A DNA stretch of 41,490 bases from assembly GCA_023436385.1 (NCBI GenBank), contig JAEZJH010000582.1:1-41490 (forward strand). Direction: 5' to 3'. Positions within the stretch are counted from its first letter, which is position 1, and each line of letters begins with the position of its first letter. This DNA is from Pseudomonadota bacterium (lineage in GTDB: Bacteria > Myxococcota > Myxococcia > Myxococcales > Vulgatibacteraceae). A program made the position numbers and the translations under genes. Below are positions 16,306 through 25,612 of this stretch, piece by piece. The notes below the pieces were generated by a model. It was not told the DNA's origin. It saw only the letters and a program-made list of their open reading frames with translations, and did no database searches.

Positions 16306-18603
16306 ATGGCCGTCAAGTTCGGTTCGATCTTTCTGCAGATCGAAGCCAACATCGCGTCCCTAAAGCGCGATATGGACCAGGCGCAGAAGACGATCGCGAC
16401 GGCCGGCGCGAAGCTCGACCGGATCGCGAAGGGCATCGGCGCGGCGATCGGCGGATACATCGGCTGGCAGTCGGTGCGCGCCTTCGCCGGCTTTGTCCAG
16501 GGCGCGCTCGATTCAGCGGACGCCCTGGTCAAGATGTCGCAGAAGACTGGACTCACCGTCGAGGCGTTGTCCGGATTGCAGCACGCCGCAAGCCTGTCAG
16601 ACGTGTCGGTGGAGCAGCTGGCCACCGGGCTCAAGCAGCTGTCGAAGAATGCGTCCGACGCGGCTGGCGGCGCGAAGGAGCAGGCCGAGACGTTCAAGGC
16701 GATCGGCGTCGAGACGCGGGACGCAACCGGCGCTGTGCGTCCGCTCGACCAGCTCCTTGCCGACGTGTCCGACCGCTTCGCGTCGTGGGAGGATGGCGCC
16801 GGCAAGTCGGCCATCGCCATGCGTCTGTTTGGCAAGGCCGGCGCCGACATGATCCCACTGCTGAACGGCGGGTCGGCTGGTATGGCCGAGGCGACGGAGG
16901 AGGCGCGGAAGCTGGGGCTTGTCGTCTCGACCGACACGGCACAGGCCGCAGAGCGATTCAACGACAACATGACGCGGCTCAAGTCGCAGCTCGATGTTGT
17001 CGCCAGGCTGATCGCGGAGGCCGCGCTGCCGTCTCTTGAGCGCGTCTCCGAAGCGATGGTGGACGCGGCAAAGAACGGCGACGAGGCGCGCGAATCGCTT
17101 CGCACGATGTTCGACGGCGCGATCGACACCGCGATGTTTTTCAAGACGCTCCTGGCTGACATCGGTGGCGGAATCGGCGCGATGGCGGCGATGGCCTCGC
17201 AGTTCGAGCTAGGCGATACGTGGGAGCATCCGGCCAAGAAGTTCTGGCGGAACTGGGCGCCGGAGTTCCTGAACTCGGACTCGTCGTGGGCGCGCGCCGC
17301 ACGTATCGACACGATGGCGCAGGAGGACTCGAAGCGGCGCTGGCAGGAGTATTGGGACTTCGTGAGCCGTGGCGGCGCCGCGGCCGTGGCTGCCGGCGTC
17401 GGCGCGGTTGAATTTGTCGGACCGGCCCTCGACCCAAGGACGCACGCGGCTGATGGCACGCGCAAGCGCAGCGCCCCGGTCATCGATCGCGGAGGCAAGA
17501 CCGACGAGCGAGCGAAGCAGCTATCTGCCGCGCTCGAAAGCATCCGTGAGGAAGCGGAAGCGATCGGCAAGACCGAGATCGAGATCAAGCTAGCCAAGCT
17601 GATCGAGATGGGCGCGAACTCGAAGCAACTGGATCTCGCCGCCGTTCGTCTTGGTGCCATCGCCGACGAGGCAAAGCGGCTCGCGGAGTACGAGGCCAGG
17701 GTCGCGGAGCGCGTTGGGGTGTGGGATCAGCTCGCCTCCATCCAAGAGCAGATCGACACCGCCGGCATGGACGAGTACCAGCGCGCCGGCTACGACTACG
17801 CGCTGATGCCGGGGCGGACGGAGGAGACGGACAGGCTGTTCACCGATCGGATCGCGCAGCTCAAGACGGTCAACGAGCAGCTCGACGCGACCAAGGCACG
17901 CACCGAGGCAATCAAGGGGATAGCCACCGATGTCGGCGGCGTCCTTTCGTCGGCCATCGTCGCCCCTCTACAGGATGGGTTCAAGGGGCTGAAGACGTAC
18001 GTGGACATGCTGCGGGATGCGATCGTCCGTCTCGTGCAGGAGATGGCCGCGGCGCTGATCCGAAGCGGGCTGATCAAGCTCCTTTCGACCGCACTCGACT
18101 TCGTGTCGCCGGGCTGGGGCTCCATCTTCGGGCAGGCGGCCGGCGCGGCGAACAACGCCTACACGCAACAGTCCGGCTCCGGCTTCCAACTCGAGTACGG
18201 TACCGGCTGGGGCAACGGGACAACGGCTTACGCTGGCGGCGGGAAGGTGCTTGGCCCCGGCGGTCCCACCTCCGATAGCGTCCGGCTGTGGGGATCGCGC
18301 GGCGAGTGGATGATCCAGCAGAAGGCGGCGGCGCACTACGGCGATCGGGTGATGGCTGCGATCAACTCCATGCGTATCCCGCGGGCCGCCCTCCAGGCTG
18401 TCGCTGCCGGCGGCATGACCGGGATGCCGATCCCAGGGCGCGGCGAGACGCACTACCACTTCGCCTCTCTCGACCCGCTTACCGGGCTCGAGATGATGCG
18501 TTCGGTCGCCGCTCCCGGCCTCGCCCGCCACCTGTCGGACGGCACGGCCGGGCTGCTGCCGGCACACATTCGCGCCGCGACCGCGGCCCCGAGGGCTAGC
18601 TGA
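16306..18603 (+). CDS. Tape measure protein
   Basis: 765 aa, Ala/Gly/Leu-rich and helical, with a C-terminal glycine-rich region. Canonical position. Confidence 0.9.
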   Translation: MAVKFGSIFLQIEANIASLKRDMDQAQKTIATAGAKLDRIAKGIGAAIGGYIGWQSVRAFAGFVQGALDSADALVKMSQKTGLTVEALSGLQHAASLSDVSVEQLATGLKQLSKNASDAAGGAKEQAETFKAIGVETRDATGAVRPLDQLLADVSDRFASWEDGAGKSAIAMRLFGKAGADMIPLLNGGSAGMAEATEEARKLGLVVSTDTAQAAERFNDNMTRLKSQLDVVARLIAEAALPSLERVSEAMVDAAKNGDEARESLRTMFDGAIDTAMFFKTLLADIGGGIGAMAAMASQFELGDTWEHPAKKFWRNWAPEFLNSDSSWARAARIDTMAQEDSKRRWQEYWDFVSRGGAAAVAAGVGAVEFVGPALDPRTHAADGTRKRSAPVIDRGGKTDERAKQLSAALESIREEAEAIGKTEIEIKLAKLIEMGANSKQLDLAAVRLGAIADEAKRLAEYEARVAERVGVWDQLASIQEQIDTAGMDEYQRAGYDYALMPGRTEETDRLFTDRIAQLKTVNEQLDATKARTEAIKGIATDVGGVLSSAIVAPLQDGFKGLKTYVDMLRDAIVRLVQEMAAALIRSGLIKLLSTALDFVSPGWGSIFGQAAGAANNAYTQQSGSGFQLEYGTGWGNGTTAYAGGGKVLGPGGPTSDSVRLWGSRGEWMIQQKAAAHYGDRVMAAINSMRIPRAALQAVAAGGMTGMPIPGRGETHYHFASLDPLTGLEMMRSVAAPGLARHLSDGTAGLLPAHIRAATAAPRAS

Positions 18604-19358
18604 TGCGCGTGCTCACCGACAACCTCGCCGCCAGCGCAACGCTCCTGGGCTCCGGCGGCTCCGCGCTCGCGGCGGCTACCGGATACACCGTGGCATCGCT
18701 CACGGACGGGCGCCTCGACCGCCCGTGGAAATCGCCCACGGCCGGCAGCACGCACCAGATCGTCCTCGACCTTGGCAGCGCGCAGTCGGCCAGCGCCGCG
18801 GCTGTCTTCGACCTGTATGCGCCCGTGTTCCTTAACGGGCGTGTTTCGATCTACACCGGGACTTCTGCCACTGGCCCGTGGACCAAACGTGCCGACCTGA
18901 CAGGCGCCGGCCGGCGCGATTGGGGCGGCACGTTCGCCCCCGTCTCGTCGCGCTACTGGATGGTCGAGTTGTTCTCGCTCACCTCAGGCACGCAGCCAGA
19001 GCTTGGCGAGATCGTGCTGGGCGTGCCGACCGATCTGCCGTGTGCAACCGCGCTGTCTCCGCGTCTCGTGGAACAGGTCGAGACGAATGGCAGCCAGGCG
19101 ACCAAGACGGGCGAGGAGATCGCGTCGTTCGGGATCGCCTGGCCGGTGCTGACGGAGGCCGAGCACGCGGCCCTCATCCTGTTCCGTCGCGCGGTCGGTG
19201 GCGCGCTCAAGTCCTTCGTGCTCTGGCCCCGGCCGGCGAAGGCGGGCGGCGTGTATTTGGTCCGGCTAGCCGCCGGCATCGGATGGAATGAAGACCTTGA
19301 CCTCTACGACGGCGTGGCCCTCGAGGCCACCGAGCTAGCGCGGGTGCTGCGTGGCTGA
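18603..19358 (+). CDS. Minor tail protein (distal tail candidate)
   Basis: ATG overlaps the tape-measure stop (TGATG). Assigned by position only. Confidence 0.55.
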   Translation: MRVLTDNLAASATLLGSGGSALAAATGYTVASLTDGRLDRPWKSPTAGSTHQIVLDLGSAQSASAAAVFDLYAPVFLNGRVSIYTGTSATGPWTKRADLTGAGRRDWGGTFAPVSSRYWMVELFSLTSGTQPELGEIVLGVPTDLPCATALSPRLVEQVETNGSQATKTGEEIASFGIAWPVLTEAEHAALILFRRAVGGALKSFVLWPRPAKAGGVYLVRLAAGIGWNEDLDLYDGVALEATELARVLRG

Positions 19359-19887
19359 TCTACTCCGCAAGATCGAGGTGCGCGGCGGGTCGCGTCCGCT
19401 ACAGTACGCGGTGCGCGACGTGCGCGGCGTCGAGCCGCTTGCCGCAGCGCCGACCGACCGCACCGGGTTCAACGAGGAGGCCGAGTGGACCGGGCGTGCT
19501 GACGCGGCGCTGAACAACGAACACGACGCGGAAGGTAACCACGGCGGGCTCAAGTTTCCGTTCTGCGTCGTCGTCGTGTCGGGCGAACTTGACGCGACCG
19601 TGTATCCGCCGATCATGCGCTGGACTATCGACCATGGCTCCACGCTTCGCGGCGTCACGTACCGGGACGATCCATTTGTGTCGTTCGAAACCGCATCGGC
19701 CTCGACGGTGAAGCTCGCGTTTGCGAGCCCGCCTGCCTTCGGGGATGTGGCGGTGCATGTCGAGGGCGTGAGTCGTCCGGTGATCATGTTCCCATCGTCC
19801 ACCGAGATCGAGTTCGACACGGACTCGCTTGGCGCGCTTCGGAGCAACGGCGGCCATTGGGTGTTCTCGCTCTACGAGGTGGCGTGA
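19351..19887 (+). CDS. Minor tail protein (hypothetical)
   Basis: GTG at 19351 overlaps the upstream 3' end. Inside the tail-tip module. Confidence 0.5.
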   Translation: MADLLRKIEVRGGSRPLQYAVRDVRGVEPLAAAPTDRTGFNEEAEWTGRADAALNNEHDAEGNHGGLKFPFCVVVVSGELDATVYPPIMRWTIDHGSTLRGVTYRDDPFVSFETASASTVKLAFASPPAFGDVAVHVEGVSRPVIMFPSSTEIEFDTDSLGALRSNGGHWVFSLYEVA

Positions 19888-20897
19888 TGCGGGAGCTTCC
19901 AGACTACACGGGGATCGTCGTCGCCCCGAATGACCCGGTAGCGCCCGAGTCGCTGAACCTTCCAAGCCGTTATTCGGAAGCCTTCCGCGACGTGTATGCG
20001 AGAGAGCACCGGGTCGATGACTTCGAGCACTCCGCGCCCCTCGCACCGCAGGCAGTCGCCTACTGCCGATGGGTCGGCAGCAGCTACGAGCTGACCGTCT
20101 CGCACAACGTCGAGTCGGTGATTGCGAACGGCACAGGCGACGTTGTGATCACGCTGTCGGTCGCATCGGCCACTCGCGAGGACTGGTTCCCGATCGTAGC
20201 CATCCAGCGCGTGGACGGCGACAAGCCGGCGATCTGGTGGGAGTACGACGACGGCACGACCCGCGACGTGGACCGCTGCCGGCTCCGGTTCTGCGCCGTC
20301 GTCGGCGGCGACACGACCGACACAATGCCCGACTTCGTGTTTTGGGCATACATGCGGCAGCGCGTGGGCGACGGCGACTCAACGCCGGAAGCAGTGCGCG
20401 ACGTGCGGCAGCGCATCGCCGTGGATGGTGTGGAGAGTGCCGGCCACCGGCAGAAGCTGATCGATTTCTGCGTCTCGCACCGGGCCCGCTGGATCAAGGG
20501 TCACGACAAGGACGCGCGACACTTCCCGCCGCAGTATCCGCTGGCCGCTTTCCAAGTCGCCAAGACGGAAGGCCGATCGAACCTGGGCGAAGTCCTGTGG
20601 CAGCACGGCCCACTCGCCAGCCTCGCGTGGCGCGGCGAAGCCGTGGATTCGCAGGACGATCCATACGTCGCCTGGCAGGTCGCGCAATACAAGCGGTGGC
20701 GGTCGGCGCTGCTGTCGTGGCGCATCGCCAGCGCCGACCCGTACACCAAGGACTTCGCCCCGTGGGTGCGCCGCATCTCGCGCGCCGACGACTACGGGTC
20801 ATGGGCCCGGGGCGGTGGCATCGGCGCGCAGATCGACAGCGCCGCAGGATGGGCTGCGGTGACCGGGATCGGCGTTGTGCTGACGGGGATGCTCTAG
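19887..20897 (+). CDS. Tail-tip associated hypothetical protein
   Basis: ATG at 19887 overlaps the upstream TGA. 336 aa with a hydrophobic C-terminus. Confidence 0.5.
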   Translation: MRELPDYTGIVVAPNDPVAPESLNLPSRYSEAFRDVYAREHRVDDFEHSAPLAPQAVAYCRWVGSSYELTVSHNVESVIANGTGDVVITLSVASATREDWFPIVAIQRVDGDKPAIWWEYDDGTTRDVDRCRLRFCAVVGGDTTDTMPDFVFWAYMRQRVGDGDSTPEAVRDVRQRIAVDGVESAGHRQKLIDFCVSHRARWIKGHDKDARHFPPQYPLAAFQVAKTEGRSNLGEVLWQHGPLASLAWRGEAVDSQDDPYVAWQVAQYKRWRSALLSWRIASADPYTKDFAPWVRRISRADDYGSWARGGGIGAQIDSAAGWAAVTGIGVVLTGML

Positions 20898-21298
20898 ATG
20901 CAGTCGGCCACGCCAGCGTGGTCCCAAGCGCCTTCGCTGCCGTCGGCACGGTAGCGCACCTGGCCGCTGTTGCAGCAAGCATCGTTGTCGATGTGGTTGG
21001 GCCAACAGCCTGGCTTGACGCAGCCGAATAGCTCTGGCTCGTCGTACGCAAGACGGCGGCAGCCGGCCTCCACGCCACCGCAGCAGCACTCGACCACATC
21101 GTTCCCGATGGTGACGGTCGAACGCCCGGTATACCAGCAGAACGTCGTTGGTTTCGTGTCGGTGCAGTAGGTCGCCCGCAGTCCGGTAGATGGGTCCGCC
21201 GTGTAGTCGTAGCAGAACAACGGATCGCCGCGGATGCCGGCCTGGTCCGTGCCGCCACAGGCCGCGACCACCACCGCCGCCAGAATCACCCAGCGCAT
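20894..21298 (-). CDS. Cysteine-rich lipoprotein encoded antisense within the tail module (moron; superinfection-exclusion candidate)
   Basis: ATG at 21298 lies 6 nt after AGGAGG. MRWVILAAVVVAAC is a signal peptide with lipobox VAAC. 12 further Cys residues in the 121-aa mature part. It is one of only two minus-strand candidates, with 23485..23604, in 20 kb of plus-strand late genes. Confidence 0.7.
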   Translation of the reverse strand: MRWVILAAVVVAACGGTDQAGIRGDPLFCYDYTADPSTGLRATYCTDTKPTTFCWYTGRSTVTIGNDVVECCCGGVEAGCRRLAYDEPELFGCVKPGCWPNHIDNDACCNSGQVRYRADGSEGAWDHAGVADCI

Positions 21299-21357
21299 AG
21301 CCATCCTCCTCGCCGGTAGGCCACCGCAGCCAGCCAGAGATTGCAAGGGGAATCCGC

Positions 21358-23505
21358 ATGCCTTCCGCTATCCGCCGCTCGTGGCGCGTCAAAACCCGCC
21401 TCTTTGAAGGTGACTTCTACGACGCCTTCGGCGCGAAGACCACCCACGTCCGGTGGTCCACCGCCCCGTTCCGCCTCGCGGATGGGCCGGTAGAAGGTCG
21501 GCTCGCGGTGACGCCCAGGACCAGCTTCGGGATCGGCGAGGCGGTGTCGAGCGTCCCGGAGAAGTGCCAGGCAACGCTCGAGCTGGACAACCTCGACGGC
21601 GCGCTGACCAGGTACGTCATTGGCACGGAGGCCGGGCCTGGCCAGGAGTACCGCGGCGACTCGCTCCTCAATCTGCGCGGACGGCTCTACGCCTGCTATC
21701 TCCTCGAGGATGGCACCTATGACAAGCAGCCGTTGACGCCCATGCTTGCGTGCTCCGGCTCACCCACAATCACCGAGACGACGATCACCCTGCCGATGGC
21801 GTCGGACGACACGACGATCCTCGGCAAGCCGCGGCCGACTGTGACGATGGGGCAGCTTCGCGGCGTGCCAGTCGTCCAGCCCGGCGACAAGTTCTCGCTG
21901 CACGGTGCCGACCGCGGGTACAACGAGGACTTCCAGGCGCTTGAGCGCGCGCTGTCCGGAAACCTCGATGTTGTGCTCCCCTACGCCTACGGCCGGGTGC
22001 CAGTCCCGTTGATCCCCGCGGACGGCGACGGCAAGCGTCTGTATCTGCTGTTCGCGTCGAAGCACAAGCCGACGCTCTCTGACGCCGCGGAGTGGGACTT
22101 CTTCGGCCCGCCCGCGAAGCGCGACGAGGTGCCGCTCGCGGGGAAGACGGCGACCGAGGAGCGGTTCAAGTCGGCGCTCGTGTCCGCCCAGGTCGAGCTC
22201 GAGGACGACGAGGGTGAGACGCACGCGGTCTGGATCGTGTGGCTGGAGACGACGAGTTCGATCGGGGCCAGGATCGATGACACGATTTGGGCGCTCGCTC
22301 CAGGGACAAACCTTCTCTCTGCGAGCGCCGCCGGCCGTGGACGCGCCACGCCTCCCTCGATCGCGCGGTGGCTGATTGAGGATCTGTCGGAGGCCGGGGC
22401 CGCTGGTGTGGACGTCACCAGCTTCACCGCCGCCGCCAAGGCGCTGCCGCTACCGGACGCATGCGGCGGCCTGGTGCGTGGCGACGGCGACCTCCGCGAG
22501 TTGCTGACACACATCGGCTCCCCGTGGGCGCTGTCGTGGTGGATCGGCCTCGACGACAAGCTCCACGTCGGCGTGCCGGGCCAGTGGAGCGAAGCGGACC
22601 GGGCGGCGATCAAGTCGAGCGACACACCGCACATCACCCCCGCCGACTTCGCCGCTGGCTACGGCGCGCCCGGCTCGTATGCGGAGACGATCCCAGCCGA
22701 CCCTGAGCAGCGCGGGTCCGCCGTCCGCAAGGTGTCGCTCGAGTGGAGCGATGCCCAGCGCGCGGCGTGGCCCGCACACGAACTGCCGCGCTGGGCCCCT
22801 GGCGCGACCGAGCTACCGGTGCAGCCGGGCGACGAGGCGCGGCTGTCGGCGGCATGGCTTTACCCGCCGGCCGCGGTGTCGGTGCTGGCGAGCGGCGGGG
22901 CACGGCGGGTGTTTCCGACGCGGCGGATCACGCTGCACATGCACGACTGGATCGGCGTGCTCGAGCGCCAGTCCATCGTCCTGTTCTCGATGCCGGGGCG
23001 GTACGAGCGAAGGGCGCTGAGGCTGGAACACACTGCCGACGACTCGCGCGAGTACGTCGTGGCCCGCTTCGAAGACTTGGGGCCGACGTCCGCGCAGAAG
23101 CCCGCGCTCTACGACTCGATCGACAACTGGATCGGCCTCTCCCCAACGGCTGGGCAGGGAATCAGCGTCACCGCCGGTAGCGACCTCGTCTGGTTCGGCA
23201 TCGGCGCAGCCGATGACAAGCTGGTCGGAATGCACCTTCACACGCCCGGCGGCACTCCCGGGAACCGCGCCATCGCGCGCCGGATCACGGAGAGGGTAGA
23301 CAGCGCGCAGATGCGCGTCGAGTTCCCGTTCGTGGATACGGAGTCCTTCGTCGGTGTCTCCGGGAAGCCGGTGCTCGACCAGCCGTGGCACATCCTCAAG
23401 TCGCAGGCCAACAAGCCGGCTAACGACACGTACTTGACCGCGGCCGACGAAAGCACCGGCACCTTCCGCGACGGGTCGCCGGGCTTCACGGTGGCCGCCG
23501 GGTGA
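21358..23505 (+). CDS. Large tail-tip / host-specificity-like structural protein
   Basis: 715 aa, the last and largest gene of the tail module. No motif recognised with certainty. Confidence 0.55.
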   Translation: MPSAIRRSWRVKTRLFEGDFYDAFGAKTTHVRWSTAPFRLADGPVEGRLAVTPRTSFGIGEAVSSVPEKCQATLELDNLDGALTRYVIGTEAGPGQEYRGDSLLNLRGRLYACYLLEDGTYDKQPLTPMLACSGSPTITETTITLPMASDDTTILGKPRPTVTMGQLRGVPVVQPGDKFSLHGADRGYNEDFQALERALSGNLDVVLPYAYGRVPVPLIPADGDGKRLYLLFASKHKPTLSDAAEWDFFGPPAKRDEVPLAGKTATEERFKSALVSAQVELEDDEGETHAVWIVWLETTSSIGARIDDTIWALAPGTNLLSASAAGRGRATPPSIARWLIEDLSEAGAAGVDVTSFTAAAKALPLPDACGGLVRGDGDLRELLTHIGSPWALSWWIGLDDKLHVGVPGQWSEADRAAIKSSDTPHITPADFAAGYGAPGSYAETIPADPEQRGSAVRKVSLEWSDAQRAAWPAHELPRWAPGATELPVQPGDEARLSAAWLYPPAAVSVLASGGARRVFPTRRITLHMHDWIGVLERQSIVLFSMPGRYERRALRLEHTADDSREYVVARFEDLGPTSAQKPALYDSIDNWIGLSPTAGQGISVTAGSDLVWFGIGAADDKLVGMHLHTPGGTPGNRAIARRITERVDSAQMRVEFPFVDTESFVGVSGKPVLDQPWHILKSQANKPANDTYLTAADESTGTFRDGSPGFTVAAG

Positions 23506-23604
23506 GCGTGACGCCCAGCCAGACGGCGAACGCAATCGCGCACACGACCAGAAGGCCGCCACCAGCGCAGCCACCAAAGATAGTCAGCGGAGACTGACCA
23601 AACA
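23485..23604 (-). CDS. Small hydrophobic membrane peptide (39 aa), antisense, between the tail and lysis modules
   Basis: ATG at 23604 lies 8 nt after GGGAGG. The product is MFGQSPLTIFGGCAGGGLLVVCAIAFAVWLGVTLTRRPP, with one TM helix. GC3 is lower than in neighbouring genes. Confidence 0.35.
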
Positions 23605-23688
23605 TGTCTCACCCCTCCCGGCTCAGGCCGGCGGCCGGGGAGCGTACCACGGGCGCGGCCGGGTGGGGCCGCGAGAAAGGAAAGCGTC

Positions 23689-24138
23689 GTGCGCCTAACG
23701 CCGCACTTCACCCTCGCAGAGATGACCGTCACGCAGCAGCGCGGGATCGACAACACCCCTGGCCACGTCGAGATCGCGCGGCTGCAAGAGCTTTGCGCCA
23801 CGCTCCTCGAACCGCTCCGCACGCGGTTCGGCGCCATCATCATCACGTCCGGCTACCGGTGCCCGGAACTCAATGCCCGCATCGGCGGCAGCAAGACTAG
23901 CGCGCACATGCTCGGGCTCGCCGCCGACTGCCACGCTTGGGACCCGGCGGTGACGATCGAGGACATGGCCAGGTGGATCGCCGGTAGCGGGCTGCCCTTC
24001 GACCAGGTGATCGATGAGCGGTCGGGCCGATCCCGATGGCTGCACGTCGGGCTGCCGCGCCCGGGGCACACGCCGCGCCGCGAGTGCCTGATCTACCGGG
24101 ACGGCGAATACATGCTCGCGGATTGGGGGAGCCCATGA
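23689..24138 (+). CDS. Endolysin, peptidase M15 (zinc D-Ala-D-Ala / L-Ala-D-Glu peptidase fold)
   Basis: FTLAEM...ITSGYRCPELN...SAHMLGLAADC...WLHV is the M15 H-D-H metal-site pattern. Confidence 0.85.
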   Translation: MRLTPHFTLAEMTVTQQRGIDNTPGHVEIARLQELCATLLEPLRTRFGAIIITSGYRCPELNARIGGSKTSAHMLGLAADCHAWDPAVTIEDMARWIAGSGLPFDQVIDERSGRSRWLHVGLPRPGHTPRRECLIYRDGEYMLADWGSP

Positions 24139-24371
24139 CCTGGAGCGAGCGCATCGAATTGATCGGGCTCGTCGTCGCCGTCGCCTCGATTCTCTGCTCC
24201 GTCGTCAACGCGGCGATCCGTGCGGCGGTCGAGCACGGCTACCGGGTGCCGCGCTGGCTCCTCGTCGTGGCCGCCGCTGCGAACGCGGCGGCGCTGAACC
24301 TCGACAAGGCCGACCAGCTCCGGCGCGGCTACCGCGGGCCGTCGCTGCCGCGGGATCGGGGGCTGCCGTGA
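24135..24371 (+). CDS. Holin candidate
   Basis: ATGA overlap with the endolysin stop. 78 aa, two hydrophobic segments and a charged C-terminus. Confidence 0.55.
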   Translation: MTWSERIELIGLVVAVASILCSVVNAAIRAAVEHGYRVPRWLLVVAAAANAAALNLDKADQLRRGYRGPSLPRDRGLP

Positions 24372-25054
24372 GAGACATACTCCGAACCGCCACCCTCCTC
24401 GCCGCAGGCGCGGTCCTCGCCCTCCTCCTCGCCCGCTCCTGCTCAAGCCCGCCGCCGGTAGTGGTCGATGCCGTGGAGCTCCATCGCATCGAGACGGAGA
24501 GGGCGAGGCTCGCGGAGGAGGTCGCCCGCGAGCACGCGGCGATCGACGCGCGGGCGCGGGAGCTGGCGGGGCTTCCGCTGTACGAGCGGATCGAGGTGCT
24601 GACCGTAAGCGAATCCGCACGGCGGGCCGCTTCCGTAAGCGAATCCGCAAGGGCACCGGCCTTTGATAAGGACGCCGCGCCGGGAGCCGTATCAAAGCCC
24701 GACCGCTGCCGCCCTACCGGCGACGGCCACGCCCTCTGTCCGGAGTGGGTCCTCGACGCGCTGACCCTGCGCCTCGTGAGCGCCGAGGCCGACCGCGACT
24801 CGGCCCGCCTCGACCTCGACGCGGAGCGGGTCTACCGCCGGCTCGACGCGGAGGCGGCGGCGACCCGGGAGGCGGGATACCTCGCCGCCCTCGACGCAGC
24901 GAAGCCGCCGGCAGCGTGGCGGCTACCGGCGGCGGTGGTTTCGGGGGCGGCGGTAGCGGCCGGGGTTGCCGCTGCCATCGCCGGACACGAGCGGACTGGC
25001 GCCGCCATCGGCATCGGCGGGGCGGTGCTGGTGGGGGCGGCGCTCGCGCTCTAG
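24368..25054 (+). CDS. Spanin-like protein (unimolecular-spanin topology candidate)
   Basis: GTGA overlap with the holin stop. N-terminal signal/anchor ending in ...LLARSC, a central Ala/Arg/Glu-rich helical region and a C-terminal TM (AIGIGGAVLVGAALAL). Confidence 0.45.
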   Translation: MRDILRTATLLAAGAVLALLLARSCSSPPPVVVDAVELHRIETERARLAEEVAREHAAIDARARELAGLPLYERIEVLTVSESARRAASVSESARAPAFDKDAAPGAVSKPDRCRPTGDGHALCPEWVLDALTLRLVSAEADRDSARLDLDAERVYRRLDAEAAATREAGYLAALDAAKPPAAWRLPAAVVSGAAVAAGVAAAIAGHERTGAAIGIGGAVLVGAALAL

Positions 25055-25419
25055 CGGCGCGGCTTCCCCGCCGTCCGGATCGGCCCCGTCCTCGGCGGCG
25101 TCTCGTCGCGCTGCTCATAGCGGATCTGGTCGCCGGCACGGCGGGTGACCGCCATCGGACGATCGGCTTGGGTGAGGTGGCGGCGGTTCGCCAGCCAATC
25201 CTCCATGCGCCGCTCCTCCTCTGCCGTCGGCCGTGGCGGCGGCTCCCAGGTCATGGTGAACCGCTCGAGGTCCGCGAGAACCAGCGGCGCGGCATCCTCC
25301 GGCAGCGGCTCCAGCGGCGCAAACGCCTCGGCGACGTACCGCACCCGGTCGAGGTCGGGGTCGAGCCGGAACGCCAGCCGGGCGACGCGCGAACGGCAGT
25401 AGACGATCCGGCTAGCCAT
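25051..25419 (-). CDS. Hypothetical protein
   Basis: Last gene of the leftward arm. Its stop is interlocked with the spanin stop (CTAG). High GC3. Confidence 0.5.
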   Translation of the reverse strand: MASRIVYCRSRVARLAFRLDPDLDRVRYVAEAFAPLEPLPEDAAPLVLADLERFTMTWEPPPRPTAEEERRMEDWLANRRHLTQADRPMAVTRRAGDQIRYEQRDETPPRTGPIRTAGKPRR

Positions 25420-25612
25420 GGTCCACCTCGCCCGTCGGCACCTTGATCGCCTTGAGAAACAGGAGCCCGTGGCCCTGCAGGATCGGTCGCTGGAGCATCC
25501 AGCGACAACCGGGATGGCGCGGCAACAGCATCTCGGCCTCGCCTTGGGTCACAGGGTCGAGGCCCGGCGGGTAGCGGTCGAGGTTGACGATCGCCTTGAG
25601 CACGTCACCCAT
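25412..25612 (-). CDS. Hypothetical protein (66 aa)
   Basis: ATG at 25612 follows AGGAGGAGGGAGAGGGTG. Overlaps both neighbouring genes. Confidence 0.5.
   Translation of the reverse strand: MGDVLKAIVNLDRYPPGLDPVTQGEAEMLLPRHPGCRWMLQRPILQGHGLLFLKAIKVPTGEVDHG

Noticed and set aside
21358-23505. Looked for a diversity-generating retroelement (template/variable repeat pair) around the tail-fibre-like genes, and for retron-like elements.
   Set aside because: No reverse transcriptase ORF exists anywhere in the genome, and no near-duplicate of the 3' ends of the tail genes was seen.
24603-24649. 17-nt direct repeat CCGTAAGCGAATCCGCA, twice and 30 nt apart.
   Set aside because: This is an in-frame 10-codon duplication inside the spanin-like gene (VSESAR...VSESAR). 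It was most likely produced by slippage and is not a separate element.
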